Assembly: GCF_009914755.1 (NCBI RefSeq) | Contig: NC_060928.1 | Direction: 5' to 3' (one strand) | DNA length: 64,000 bases | From: the human T2T-CHM13v2.0 reference genome, Homo sapiens | In this document: positions 33,881 to 53,288 of the stretch, one piece after another | How the letters are laid out: each line of letters starts with the position of its first letter | Position numbering within the stretch: the first letter of the stretch is position 1 | The notes under the pieces: generated by a model | Database searches by the model: none | What the model was told of the DNA's origin: nothing | The model's input: the letters and a program-made list of their open reading frames with translations, nothing else | Program-made: the position numbers and the translations under genes

Positions 33881-34446
33881 TGCCGGGGCTCAAAAAACAA
33901 CACCCCAACGTGGAAGCCTCAGAAACAAAAGTTTCTCTGTCCTGCTCCCACCCTCCTGTCTCCAGCTCCTCCTCCTCTGAGAGGCTTCCCCAAACCCTGC
34001 CATAAAACCCAGAAATATGACTCCAGTTCTCCACTCCCTCCCCTTTCTGTGTAGAAACCAGCCTAAAGAAACCCTCTGGCCTGCTTTATTTGACTGTAGG
34101 TCATAAGAGCTCCATTCCAGAAAGAGTCCTGCCCCACACCTAGAAGGAAGGAGAGCTGCTCAGAGAGGCCCCAGGGAATCTGACTCAACAGGCCCTACCA
34201 GGCTCTCCTCTTGGTCTGTGAGCATCCAGCCTTACTTTTGTATCCAATCATATTTCCATACTTCGCTGAACTGTGTTTATGGATAGTTTCCACCAGATCT
34301 TTGGATCTTCATCTTGAAGGCTGCCATGCCACATAAGCTATGATCAAATACATCTGTTATGCTCTTCTCCTATTCATCTGCCTTCTGCCCGTTGATTTTC
34401 AGCAAACTCCCAGAGGATGAAGGGGAGTTTTCTGTTTGGCCCCACA
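33881..34446 (+). mobile_element. ERV1 LTR of the MER34/MER39 family upstream of S100P
   Basis: TGCCGGGGCTCAAAAAACAACACCCCAA start; GGTCATAAGA...GTCCTGCCCC...GCTGCTCAGAGAGGCC core; TTGGCCCCACA end. Confidence 0.65.
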
Positions 34447-34779
34447 GGGGAGGAGCGAGCGAGATTGACGTGGAAGCTGGGCCTCTGAAGGACACAGAGT
34501 GCTCTAAGAAAGGGACGATGGGGCAGATCCATGTTCACAAACACGCCCATGTGAATTCACTCTCAGATGTCTCCTCGTGTCAGCACGCTGGGTGCCAGCA
34601 CGCTCTGATATTGACACAAAGGGCCACGGAGTCACCACTCACTCCACACACACTCACCCCGTGCCCACTTACCCAGGGAGGGCCAGGAATGAGGATGCCA
34701 CTGTGGCTCAGTGATGGCGCCGAGACACAGGTGAACACTGTAAAATGTGGATGCCTGGAGGCAGCCCACACCCTGGGCC

Positions 34780-35381
<602 letters not shown>

Positions 35382-36020
35382 TGACCCCAGTGTATTTGTG
35401 ACAGGCCTGGTGGGAGAGTGGGACTCAAACCTGTGCAGTGGGGGCAGGGGCGGAATGCAATCCAGGGCTGCCATTTGCAAGTTTGCCAAGCTTGCCAAGC
35501 CCTTGAGCCCTCGGGGCTGTCCTCCAAGGCTGCCGGCCATAAACGCCCCAGCTCTGCCTCCCACTTGCCCGCTTTCCCTGCTCCCATTCCCAGGCCCCTT
35601 GTTGCCTGGTATTAGTGGGTCTGGCAGGAAGGACGGGAGGAGGCTCCATCCTGGCACCTGTCTGCGCAGAGCTGTGGACCTCCCTTGGGCTCCCTGCCAG
35701 GGAGGAGCCACCGGCCTGAGCCTCACAGAAGGCCCCTCAGGGCGGCCAGGACCAGCTTCCTTCCGCCCGGGGCAGCCTCCGGCTGGGCTGAACAGAAGCC
35801 GTACCCTCTCCATTTCCCCTTCCCTTTGACCCCTGTCCTCTCCTTCTTTCTCACTCCCCCACTTTCTTCCTTCCTTCCCCTCCCCTTCGGGCCCCACCAG
35901 ACTCTGCCTACCTGCTAAGGGGCTAACCCACATAGATGCTGATAATCAAAAATGAAAGCCTGAAATTTTCAGCCCTAGAATCACTTCAAAGACATGAAAC
36001 ACTTCAGAATATTGCTTCTA

Positions 36021-36333
36021 TTTTCTTTTCTTTTCTTTTTTTTTTTTTTTGAGACAAGATGTCACTCTGTCACCCAGGCTGGAGTGCAGTGGCAGGATCA
36101 TGGCTCACTGCAGCCTCGACCTCCCTGGGCTCAGGTGATCCTCCCACCTCAGCCTCCCGAGTAGCTGGGACTACAGGTGCATGTCACCATACCCGGTTAA
36201 TTTTTGTATTTTTTTTAGAGACAAGGTCTCACCATGTTGCCCAGGCTGGTCTCAAACTCCTGTGCTCAGGCAATGCGTCAGCCTCGACATCTCAAAGTGC
36301 TGTGATTACAGGCGTGAGCCCCGACACCTGGCC
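36021..36333 (-). mobile_element. Alu (J-type) in the S100P intron
   Basis: Reverse Alu consensus. Confidence 0.88.
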
Positions 36334-37970
36334 TAGTTCTATTTTCTAAATGTGAATTCTGTAAAGATATCTTTTAAAAATAAAGTTCTGTTTTTGGTAG
36401 AAAATGTAAAAATAGATAAATATGGAGGGAAGAAATCCCCCCTGGAATACAGACGCTTCCTCTCCCTTCCAGCCTTTTCCCCATATGAACATTGCTGTGA
36501 GTGAGATTTACATGCAATGTAATTTCTTTTTGAGCTTAACATTACAACATAAATTCTCAAACTCTGATGTTCATTAAACACCCCAGCCCCATCCTGGGAA
36601 CTTGGGCTTGGGGCTCGGGGTGTTCTGATAATGATCAAAGTATGAGAATTGAACCCATGAGGACTTTGATCCAAGATACTGGGGTGTGGGGAGGGGCAGG
36701 CACAGGTGTCCTGGGAACACACTTTGAGAAGCAATGGCAAAGCTGGGGGTCCAGCTAATGTGTTACATTAGAATCACCTCGGGGAGGCCCTGGGTGCCCT
36801 TCTCAGCCCTCCCTCCGGAGGCTGCTGAAGCCCAGCAAAGCCGGAGTCAGAGAACAATGTCCGCCTGAGGGCAGGGCTGGGCTGGGCTGGCCTTCTGGCC
36901 CTATCTGCTCCGTGCCCAACCCAGCGCCCCGCACAGTCGGAGCTTTGTAAATACGAGGTGACTGTCTGCCTACAAACTTTGTAAACATCACTTGAAATGG
37001 CCGCAGGGTATTGCGACATGGCCATACCACTATTTGTTTGCTATTGAATTTGTACTTCCCTGCCTTACTTTTGCTATTGCAAACCATGCTGTCACTAAGG
37101 TCTTCATGCACACAGTTGTGTCTTGGTCAGATGATATGTTTCTACCAATTTTAATTGTGTTTCTTTCCACCTGGACACACAGCTCTCTGGCCCAGGGCTG
37201 GGTCATCAGCACACCCTGCTGCTGCTGTTCAGATCTGCATCCTGGTCCCGCTTGGTCCCACAGTGAGAACGCTTTGCTATCACATGGGCAGGCTCTGAGA
37301 GCCCTGCCGGCCTGGCCTTCTCAAAGAAGACCTGAGAGCTTGGGACCCAAGCAGAGAGGAAGAACAGGGCTCAGGGTGCTTGCTCCATGCTCGCTCCACA
37401 CCTGGGGCTCAACCCTGGCTTTCCCCGGCTCCCTGTGTGACTTCAGGGCAGGTCCCTTGGGCCCTCTGGGCCTTATCATCTTCATCTGTAACAGGGCGAT
37501 GCCTCTGCCGTGTCTGGTGGTGTTGAGGAGTTCCTGTTTGTGTAAGCAGCTAGTTCAGTGCCAGCACGAGATGGGAGGCCCATGAAGTTAGCAGTGCACA
37601 AAAAATAGAGCAAAGACTGGATGCATTTCCTGAGAACAACCATCACTGTAAAGCACTTTACAAATCCAAAGACAACCCCCGGCAAAAACTCAAAATGAAA
37701 CTCCCTCTCGCAGAGCACAATTCCAATTCGCTCTAAAAACATTACAAGTTAGTTCATGTCATGCCAGATAGCTGAAGGCAGCTCACAAGTTCTTAAGGCC
37801 AGGAATGCCATGTGTCTGCTATGCACAGCTGGCCCTGGCCCTGAGCCTGAATGACAGCAAAGGTGACGCAGATGTGGGTGCCCTGCTCCTGCCCAGCAGC
37901 AGTGCTTGGTGGAGGCTGAGGCCCTGCACAGGCACCCTCACTGCTGACCTTGAGCCTCTCTCTCCTCTAG

Positions 37971-38120
<150 letters not shown>

Positions 38121-38228
38121 TGCCCTGGAGATGTCACAGATTCCTGGCAGAGCCATGGTCCCAGGCTTCCCAAAAGTGTTTGTTGGCAATTATTCCCCTA
38201 GGCTGAGCCTGCTCATGTACCTCTGATT

Positions 38229-38234
38229 AATAAA
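38229..38234 (+). terminator. S100P: S100P polyadenylation signal AATAAA
   Basis: Canonical hexamer ~110 nt after the stop codon. Confidence 0.85.
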
Positions 38235-38619
38235 TGCTTATGAAATGATCCTGGTCTCAGAGAAACTGGTTATTTCCTTAAAACCTCAGTGTCCTCTCCC
38301 CACAAAACAGAATTCACTAATTAAACTTGTCATTTCATTACTCATTGCCTGCCTGCAGTGGTGAGACAGATGAAGAAGACAAGGCAGTCGATAAAAATCC
38401 ATTTGTTGGCCATCTTCTGAGTGCCCACTGAGACACAGTCCCACCTTTGGCCGTGTGAATGCCACCATGTCCTGGACCCAAGGGAGGCTCGGGTACACAC
38501 ATCCATGTATTTATTCATCTACTTCGTAATTCATTTAGTCGGTCACGTAGCCACTCATTGAACCTGGGCCCCTCCATCTCTCCAAACAGCATGTTTTCTT
38601 CAAGTAACATACTTCTAAT

Positions 38620-39238
<619 letters not shown>

Positions 39239-39698
39239 AGTAACATACTTTTAATGATGCAATGCTATTTTTGCCACAAAGACTATGAAACACCATAACA
39301 GAGAAACAATGAATTCCAAGAGAGCATTAGAATCATCAGTGAACAACTGCTCACATCACCTGTATTTAGTTTTACGACACTAATGTTGGGAGCACCCAAA
39401 AGGACTCAAGCGAGGTCTTGGATGATAGGTAGGTAACTGGATCTGGTTTTAGGACCCCTATCATTTTTTGGATACCCAGTATTTAAAGCCTCTTGCTATG
39501 TTTGAAGACATTTTCACTAGAGAAGATCTATCACCAAAAGATCCTGAACTTGGAGGTGGACACAACAATACGAGGCTTGGGTGGATCCCTCTTTGGGGAA
39601 GGGACTGCAGATTGCAAATATTTTTGCTAGAGAGAGAGTCGTGTTAGGTTAGATGGGAGCAGATACACACATTTAAATAAAGTAAAAACTAATAATGA

Positions 39699-40282
<584 letters not shown>

Positions 40283-41025
40283 GTTTTTCTTTTTTCTTGC
40301 TGTTTAACAAATTAGTTACCGTCCTATAAATGACAAACCACCCAGCTTATCAGTTCTGGGGGGAGGCAGAGCCCTCACTCCCCAGCCTCTGTCATAGCTG
40401 GGGTGCAGGCACCTGACCTGGGCTCTCCCAGACTTTATTCTCACCCCAGACTTGCAATCGGACAATTGACACAAACAGGCAGAGACCTGAAAAACCTCTT
40501 ATGGGTTTTGCAGCAGCGCCATATGAGAGGTTTCTGGCTACGTAGCTATGAACCTCGTCCTCCAGGACTCTTGAAGGAGACAAGTCTTTTGTAAATCAAT
40601 CACCTAGGCTGAATTTCTGTGCTTTGTGACTAAAAACCCAGACTACTGGAGCAGGAAAACAACAGCGTGCCACTTCCTCTGGGTGTCCTTCCTGGGTTAT
40701 CTCTGACAGGTCTTGGTAATTCCTGACCTCTCCTTATAGAGACAACAGGGCCCATCCCTCCTCAATCTTTCTTTCATCTCTCCTCAATCTTTCATTCATT
40801 TCATCCTAGCTTCTTGCCCTGCACCAAATGGTAGATTACGTCTGGTTTGGAATTCAATTCCCTGCCCCAGGAGACCAGCCTCCCATGGTGCTCCATCATT
40901 GATTTCTGTTCAGGGTCTTCTGAGCAGCCTGCAGATGCCTCGTTCCTGGAGGTAAAGTCCACAGTCACTTCTCCGGAGTTTATACCAACTCTGCATGAAG
41001 CAAAAGCCAGGTCCAAACAGTAGGG

Positions 41026-43659
<2,634 letters not shown>

Positions 43660-44891
43660 TAGAGAGGAATTTTGAAACTATGTATATATTCTGTTCCTCA
43701 TCAAGCATTTAATTTATTCATGTATTCACATTTGTGAACTCCTGGTTACCCATATTATTCAGTGGGTTGTAACCTGTTACTAGCATTATCTGTTCTGATG
43801 CTCACATTGTCCCTGATCTGATCAATGGGAGCCCATTTCAGCTGGCTTCTATTACCCTCTGACATGTTCTCAACATTCTCTGAACACATCCTTGCCTTCT
43901 GTCATCACAAGATGTTCTAGACACATTTTGTACTTTGCTTGCCCTAGCTCTGGAACTGGCCATTTCTCCAAGCAGCCCTAGTTTCTTGTAATGGAAAATG
44001 CTATTTAGAAGCCAAGATCTGGGAGCTAGGTGTGCTCATTGTTATTGAAGTGTCACTGCCCCCAGCCTCTCTTAATGGAAATAAGTAGAGAATATTTGTA
44101 AGTATAATACATAACTTTAGATGGCTACACATACCTATAGTTCTATATCTTATAGATATCTGAAGTGTGTGTGTGTTTGTATGTTTGTAACCACAAGTTC
44201 ACACAGAGACTACCATTCAAGTTCACACAGAGACTTCCATTTTCAACATAATACCACAGGGTCCATTCTAGCTTTCTTTTTACATTTCTTCCCCTCTGCT
44301 GGTACCTGGTCTCCTGAAGAAACCTTTTCCCTGCTCAGGTTCTGAACCCCATACCAGTCTGTCCCCTGCACAGACACCCTCCTTGCCTTTCAGGCTGAGT
44401 CAGGTGAAGGACTGGCTTCTATGGATGCCCATCTCTCCCTGCTCAAACTGCACCAACTGTCCCCATGTGTGCATGCTCTCTTCATCCCACGGGGCTCATG
44501 CCCCAGAACACCCCCTTGGGAACTCCCTCCTCACCCTGCCTGGGCTCTGACCTCCCAGGCTAGATTTCCCTTCCCCCAAACCTACCCACAAATGGATGTC
44601 CTGCTCACACTGCTCAAATCTGGTCTGTCCACACTGGAGACCATCCACTGCCAAAATAAATAAATAAATAAATAAATAAAAATAAAAATAAAAAAAAAGC
44701 AAAACCATACACACACAGATACCCTCTTCACCCTGCTCAGAGGACTCTGACTCCCACACCAGGCTCTGACCCCCTCTACTTCCCACCATGGGGATGCCTT
44801 CTCTACCGTTCTTGAGCTCTGAGCCCTGATCTGGGCACCATGGCTTCCCACTCCCCAACCAGGACACCTACATCATTATGTGTGTGTGTAT

Positions 44892-45532
44892 CCTGTCAAT
44901 CTTCATTATTCATTATTTTGTATTTGCAAATTCATCTACTTTCTAAAATCTATATGGAACCCCAAAATCAACACTCTTGGCACTTTGCTAGTCATTTGTA
45001 GACACGTGCAGGGCAGCAAAAAATCTGAGTCATCTGACATTCCCAGTTGGGGTCAAACAAGGTGACTCTGCCTTCTTGTTTCAGCTCTCATGCTGTAAAC
45101 AAGTTCCTTTTCACAGTCTACTCGGTGCCACATTTTTCTCATTTTGGTGCTTTTTGTTGGTTATTTTGCTGTTTAAAATGACCCTCAAGTCTCATGCCAG
45201 AGCACTGTCTAGTGTGCCTAAGCATAAGGCGGCTGTGATGTGCCTTACAGAGAAAATATGTGTTAGACAAGCTTTACTGAGGCATGAGTTACAGTGCTGC
45301 TGGCTTTGAGTTCAAAATTAATGAATCAATAATATATGTTAATTATGATGTCTTTAAACAGAAACACAAGGTTAAACATGGTTACGTATGGATCAGCTGA
45401 TGAAAAATGCAGCCAGGGGCTAATGGGAACCTAATCCTCTATTTTCCTTAGGGGCAGTGAAGTATTATAGTATTTGCTAATTCAGTGTTTATGGTGACTT
45501 TATATAACTACTGCAAATAATGACAACTGACT
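44892..45532. mobile_element. MER82-like (Tigger family) DNA transposon
   Basis: CTGTCAATCTTCATTATTC...AACCCCAAAATCAA start; AATAATGACAACTGACTG|TA end. Confidence 0.6.
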
Positions 45533-45919
45533 GTAAACAAACATAGACATGGCACATTTTAAAGAAATTGCAACTGCCTAACAAATTGCAGCCCTGAACG
45601 CACGTCAGTATCCATATTCTCTGTGGCTTCACCCAGAAAGCTGATAGTGTTTAGGGGAGTTGCAAGTGGAGGCTGTAGAGGTTGGGGTTCAGAGACAGCC
45701 AGACCTTGGATGAGGTAGGTATTAGAGGAAATTTGCAAAGAGGTGGAAGACAAGTCATGAGGCAGGAAAGTTGGAACATTCTGAAGATGAAAATTTGGGA
45801 GAGGACCAGGGAGGGCATATAAATTTAGGGTGACTGAGGAAAACTAGGATGAGACAGCTCTGGAGATGGCAGAAATTCTTGAATATATTCTACTACATAT
45901 GTTGAATACATGAATAGCT

Positions 45920-46700
45920 TTAGCACTTATTTATCTTGCTTATTGTGTTTCTCCACCACTAGAATGAATCCCCAGAAGGCAGAATTTTTGGACTATCTGT
46001 TCAGTACTGTATCTCTCAGTAGTTAGAACAGTGCCTGGTATATAGTAGGAGCTAAGTTAATGCTGATGAATAAATAAAAACATCTGTGGCAAAAAAAAAT
46101 TTTTTTAAGAGTTTCAAGCAGGGAATTGACATAACCTAATTCACTCTAGCTAATTTGTGAAGGAGGAGGATTGGAATAAAACTGAAAGCTGGGAGGCCAG
46201 TTAGGAGACTGTCACACTAGTGGCTTGGAGTAGGAAGGAAGGTAGATGAATCCAAGGTGTATTCTAGGCAGAACCAACATACTAGTGGTAGAAGGAATGG
46301 AGAGGGAATTGCTGAGGAGGGGTGTCAAGAATGACACTGAAGTTTCAGGCTCAGAAAATTCACCTGAGTTATGTGCATTGGTAGCAGACACAATTAAGTT
46401 AATTTACATACTTAATTGGCACTTATTCATTCAATGAGTATTAGATACCAACCAGGTGCCAGGCACTGGTCTAAGTGCTAGGAATTCAGCAGTGAATAAA
46501 GTCCCTGCCCTCAAGGGGCTGACATTCTACAGAGAAGTCAGAAAATGCACAAATAATCACACACTAAGTAGTGAAAAGAAAAATGTAAGAAGACAGAGAG
46601 TAATAGGGGATGGCCGTGCTATTTTAAAAAGAGTGGCATGGGAAGACCTCTCTGGTATTGTAACATCTGAGCAGAGACTGGAAAAGTGGCATAGTGAGCC
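45920..46700. mobile_element. L2 fragments
   Basis: AGAACAGTGCCTGGTATATAGTAGG...GAATAAAT and ATTCATTCAATGAGTATT...GTGCCAGGCACTG L2 3'-end motifs. Confidence 0.5.
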
Positions 46701-48764
46701 ATATGGATATTGCACATTAAAAACATTTTCAGAAAAAACAAAACTCTGGGATAAAGCAGTCAAACAAAACATTATTGAAGACTCAGCCATCACTAGCCAG
46801 CTGATGCAAGTGAAGGTTAAAGAATTTGCCCAGTCTTTCGGAAGAAAGCACAGAATTTCAGATTTTAGAGCAAGGGGAGTTCGGGCGTGAATGACTCACA
46901 CAAGACAGACCAATGACTTTCAGAGCTACTAACAGAAGCCAATCCAAATTTTCTAGATGACTTTGAAGTTGTTAAAATTCCACTGACACATCATTCAATG
47001 AAAAGAAAATGTGTAAGTTAAATAGGAAATAGAGACAAAACTCTCAATGTATCTAAATTATTTTTTCATCACAGCATGGGTTAAGACAATTAGCCTGTCA
47101 CTACAATGCTCTGCCTAAGAGCCAAGGCTCAAAAATGATTCAGAACACTCTTTAGGCTGTAAATTTGAAGGAGGCTTAGGAAAAAAAAAAAAAAAAACCC
47201 TAGGATACTGAAGAGATGAAATGCAATCCTATGTATGAATATAATCTATGGTCAGTTAATCGAGGGGAAAAACATACATATACATAGTATATATGCACAC
47301 GTGTATGTATGTAGCACATATATAGTATGTGTGTGTGTCTACGAGTGTGTATGTACAGGACTCAGATTTTTCACCCCCAAAGCATGTTTTTAAATCCGTC
47401 AGGTAACTTGTAAATAACAGCTTTCGCAATCAAGATCCACAATATCCCAAAGAGCAGCTGCTCCTTCAGCCAGCTCCTAGAATTAAGAGAATATGGAACA
47501 ACTCACCTACAATGTATTAATACATCAATATGAATAAGAAAAAAAAATCCTCAGGTGTTGCAAGCCACTAAGGTTTTGGGGTGAACTGTTACAGCAGTTT
47601 AGTCTAGTTGACTGATATAGAAAGACCCCAAGTCTTGGCTCCAGAAAAGCCTAGCTGGTCCTTCCCACTCATTCTGCCCCAGTTCAGGCCCTCACTTCCC
47701 ATCTCTACTTCTGCACCTGCCCCTATCTTCTAGCCCACACTCAAACTCACATTAATCCATACCCAGTCTTGGGTAATCTTCCTAAACTACAAATGTGACG
47801 GTCATTCTCCTGATTATCAGAAATTATGGCTCCCCAGCCATACTTCTCGTTTTTACTGAAGAACCCAGACACGCAGGCACATGAGCAAGGATCTTAGATA
47901 TCATGACAAAGCCAGAAACAGCTTCTGTAATTTTTCTGTGCTCAGGTACTTGATTTTTAAAATGCCTATTTTACACATTAATCCAAAACGTGTATCTGAG
48001 CTTATTATGATCATATATCTATTTTTATGAAATTAGATTTAGTAATTCTGGAAATTGTACCATGCCTACACTATGGCTCTGAGCATCCATTAGCACTCTG
48101 TGAAGAAACATTCCAGGGTGAAGAAATCTCACTGAAGCACAGGCTTATGAATCGATGAATTAACACCTTAAGGAAGACCTCTTGGCCCTGCCTGCCAATT
48201 TCACTCTGTCTCCCACAACCCCCTCCACACTCCTTAACATCCAGCTCAATGGCCATCTCCCCAGTGCTGGAACTCGAAAGGCTTTTGCTCACTTTGATCC
48301 CTGTCCCTTATATGCCTTCATTCATTTCTACTTTTCAGGTCCAGGTAAGTCACCTGCTCTGAATTCACACACTTCCCTACGAAGAGTTGACTCCCTCCTC
48401 AGGGCTCCCACAAGATATCCACGCACTCTATGTCACAATTCCTTGTTTCCATTTCTGTCCCACATATTCGCCCCATCCATGTCTTCACCTTTACGTTCCT
48501 AGTGCCTTGGATAGGATATGAAGCAAGTTACATTCCCACTGGTTAACTAAACACACTTCCGCTGCTGAAAAGCAGGGGCTTGGCCCAGAGGATGGCCGAA
48601 AGTTTTTCTCTTCAGAACTGAGTGTTCTGTCAGCTCATCTCCATAGCACCTTCCAGAAATAATTCTCCCTCAGTTAAAGGCTTACCAAGAGCCTTTAACT
48701 ACAAGCAGTTCAACCCCATTTGATGACACTCAATGAAGAACATCCATTCCAAAAAAATTTGTTT

Positions 48765-49700
48765 ATGATTCTTTTATTAACACACACAGGAGGGGCTTTG
48801 GTCATGTGAACAAAAAATTTATTTCTTAAAAAAGGCTTTTTAGGTCTTTGTTTTTCAAGGCAAATTAACACTTATTATACTTTTGACTTTGACCTCCAAT
48901 CTGACAGGTCTACTACCCTGATGAACTGGAAGAGACTTTCCAGGCCCTGATAATGTCTTTTCCTTTCTCCGGCCTCTTAAAGCTCTCTGTAGACTGTCTC
49001 TTCCATGCCATTCTCTGATGCCCCTATAATGTGTGAGGGTATTACAATAGTCCCTATTCAAACTGCCTTGTCATAAAAGGTCAGCTATGTTGTCTAAATC
49101 AACTCACCTGACAGGTTACACAATATATATCAGACAATGTGACACAAAACATAGCTCTCCTCTTTCGTCTCACAGAGGAACTAAAGTTCCAAAATATATA
49201 CAAAACCATCTTCCATCTCCAACTGTCTTCTCTTTCTTCCCAGTTTTATGCAAAGCAGTCTCATTAATACATTCTTCACCAGGCTCAACCAAGTAGCGTA
49301 GTGTCTTCCATTGCACCTCTAAAGTTGGAAGATTCTGATCCCACGTCTTGACGTGTTCCAAAAAACAATCAGGTCACAAAGGTAACAGCAAAATACGAGG
49401 CCATGCCCAACATTTCAAAAACACAGCGAAGTAACAAGAATAAACGTGACCACAAAAACAACTTAATTAAGCCCCATTTCTCTTCTGAGAGTATTTCTTT
49501 GACAAAAGTTATATTTCCAAAACCAAACACATTTGATAATCTAAATCCATATCGAGGTCATCAATCACTGACCATAAGGGAGACTGTTACATGGGGGTAA
49601 AAAACATACAAAAACAAAACAGAGAAAATGACAAGCTGTTTCAGTTTCCTCAAGGTGTCAGTTCATCCTTACCAGTTGACTACAGTCCTCAGCTGTGAAC
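48765..49700 (-). other. MRFAP1L1: MRFAP1L1 non-coding terminal exon; AATAAA (minus strand) at 48773-48778 and 48818-48823
   Basis: Acceptor ...CAATTGTGCTTTAG|GTTCAC at 49702/49700; donor GTG|GTAAGG at 50287/50286, 15 nt after the stop. Confidence 0.7.
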
Positions 49701-50301
49701 CTAAAGCACAATTGGGAGAAATTTACCATGAAGACATTGACTCTCAAAGTTCCATATCCTGATGTTAAAAATAAATGTGAACCACCCAGAAGAATGCCAC
49801 TTCTTTGAGACACGGTCCTCTGACATACCTGTCTCATAGAACAATCTGGAAATTTCAGGTAATGGCCTCTGGCTTTACTCTTTACTTCTCTTTCCCTGCG
49901 TTCTCACCTGCGTTCCACTGTGCTCTATGGCCTAGGTCTTCTTTGGCTTTCCCCAAACTCCCTTAGTGCCTAGACAGGTCTACTTCTGGCGACTGCCCTA
50001 TTAGAATTGACTTTTATGTTTCACAAAAACTAAACCGAAGTTACTGTTATCTTTCTCTAATTACCAGTGTGGGAGGGAGAGGCCACAAAAAAACGGTATA
50101 CTAACGCCTAACAAAACCAGCACGCATTCTTTCCTCTTGACCCCAACTTTGTTCCCAATGCTCAATTTTTGATGCAATAAAATGGGGGATGCAGGCCTAG
50201 AACATAACTTTTTACAGGGCGCGGTTTAACCATGCTTAGGGCGACTACTGAGTTTCATCCAAGCTCCAGCTAGTTTCCGACCTTACCACCGATCTCCTCC
50301 T

Positions 50302-51150
<849 letters not shown>

Positions 51151-52039
51151 CTTTTACTTTTATTATTTTTTAAAAGTAAAAGTGACCCTCCCTTCCCTAT
51201 ATTTGAATAAGACTGGCTGGCGTTCACAGCGCTTACTATCTAAGCATGCACAAGCTTGAATTAACTTATATGAATTCATTTAGCCCTCACAACGAACCTA
51301 GAGGTAAAAACCGTGCTAAAAGTCGTGATTTGAGCCCAGAGCAATGTGGGTCCACAGTCCCTGCTCACTGTTTTAGAATGGAACACGTCCTTCTGTCCTC
51401 CCCACCCCTGGCTCATACTTTTGTCCTGGGGGGAAATTCTCTCGCTGCCTTGGGTGATTCTGGCCGGTGGTTTTTGGTCTCTCTTCGCCAGTCTGTAAGG
51501 TCCTCAAGGTAAAGGGCTACTTCTGTTTCAGTTCTGTCCTCCGCCCCTCCTGTCAGCCTGGCGTCAAGCAGGGTCTTAGGGGATGCTTTAGAGAGAGGAA
51601 TTCTTCTCTAGTACATAAGTGCTTCTACCAGACTGGAGGCTGTTTGGGGACAGGTTCTGGTCTTGATCACCTTTATGTCCCTCCACACACAGGACCTGAA
51701 AATCAGCAGGGACCTAGTAAATGTGGCTTTGATGGTCAGTACATTTTGATCACTAACCTAATGCCATTGTGGAATGGAGGAAGTCTGTTGCTAGGCTTAG
51801 CCACCCAGTGCCACACTAGTAGTAATATGAGTGTGTGTAGAGGGGGCATCCTTCTTAACACAAGTGCCACAGATCAGAGCTTCAGTTTTCCAGTCTGATA
51901 AAGACCAATGGCCCCAGCCTGAATATCTGTCAGTGGGAAGAGGGATTTGTAAGATGACATGCGTGAAACAGTTTTGCAAACACCAACATTCTAGCAGATG
52001 TTCATCAAAAAAACATGAAGAGGGAAAGAGCAAGACACC

Positions 52040-53010
52040 GTGAAAAAAGATATTTTCAATAGTTATACTGACAAAGGACTCATATGCAGAATATATTGAG
52101 AACTCCTACAGATCAAGAAGGAAAAGACAAAATTTTTAAATGGGCAAAAGACGTAGGCTGGTACTTAACAAAAGAGAATATTCAAATGGCTAATAAGTAT
52201 ATGAAAAGGTGTTCAACGTCATGATTCAACAGGGAAATGCAGATGAAAACCACAATGAGGAAGCACTGTACATCCACTAGAATGACTAAAATTTCAAATA
52301 CAATACCAAGTGTTGGGGAAGATGTGGAACAACTGGAACTCTTATACATTCTTGATGGATGTCTTAGTCTACTCTGGACACCATAACAAAATACTATAGA
52401 CTGGTTGGCTTAAAAACAGACATTTATCTTCTCACAGTTCTGGAGGCCAGAAGTCCACGATTAAGGTGTCAGCAAATTTGGTTTCTGGAGGTGAGGGCTC
52501 TCTTCCTCAATTGCAGATGACCACCTTCCTGCTGCAGTCCTCACATGATCTCTTCTTTGTGCATGCAGTGTTGGGGGGTACAGGAAAGAGTGCTCTCTTG
52601 TGTCTCTTCTTATAAGAACATGAAGCTATAGGATCATGCCCCCACTTTTATGACCTTATTTAACCTTACTTACTGCTTTACTCCAAGTACAGCCACACTG
52701 GGGGTTAGGGCTTCAACATAAAAAAATATTGGGGGACACATATATTCAGCACATAATAATGGGAATGTAAGTTGTTACAATAATTTTGGAAAACTATTTG
52801 GCAGTATCAACCAAGATTAAACATATACCAATCCTATGTTCTAGCAAACTGACACCTTGTTATACACTCAAGAGAGTTTGAGTGCAATTGTTTATAAAAA
52901 TACATATACGAGAATATTCACAGCAACTTTATTATAATAGCCCCAAAGTTAACCCAAATGTTCATCAGCAGGAGAATAAATAAATAAAATGAATAAATAG
53001 TAGCATATTC
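52040..53010 (+). mobile_element. Old L1M 3' fragment interrupted by an MLT1A-like LTR (~52360-52760)
   Basis: AAATGGGCAAAAGAC...ATGAAAAGGTGTTCAAC...GGAACAACTGGAACTCT L1 motifs. Confidence 0.65.
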
Positions 53011-53288
53011 CTTCAGTGGTTTATTATTGCATAACCAGTTAACCCAAAATTTGGCAGCTTTAAAACATTTATTATCTGTCATAGTGCATTTAGGCTGCTC
53101 TAACAAAATGCCATAAGGTGGGCAGCTTACAAAAGAAATTTATTTCTCACAGTTCTGGGGGATGGGAAGTCCAAGATCAAAGTGCTAGTAGATTCTGTCT
53201 GGTGAGGGCTAGTATTTTGGTTCATAAACCGTTCCTTCTTGCTGTGTCCTCACAGGATGGAAGGAGCAAGGGGTCTCTCTTATGCATC

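Noticed and set aside
36851-36862. AGAACAATGTCC as a steroid-receptor element
   Set aside because: Half-site spacing is 1 bp rather than the required 3 bp
44330-44870. Degenerate ~60-bp repeats (GATGCCC...CCCTGCTC)
   Set aside because: Resemble the internal repeats of old L1MC-type 3' regions; no CRISPR-like repeat/spacer regularity, and the DNA is eukaryotic
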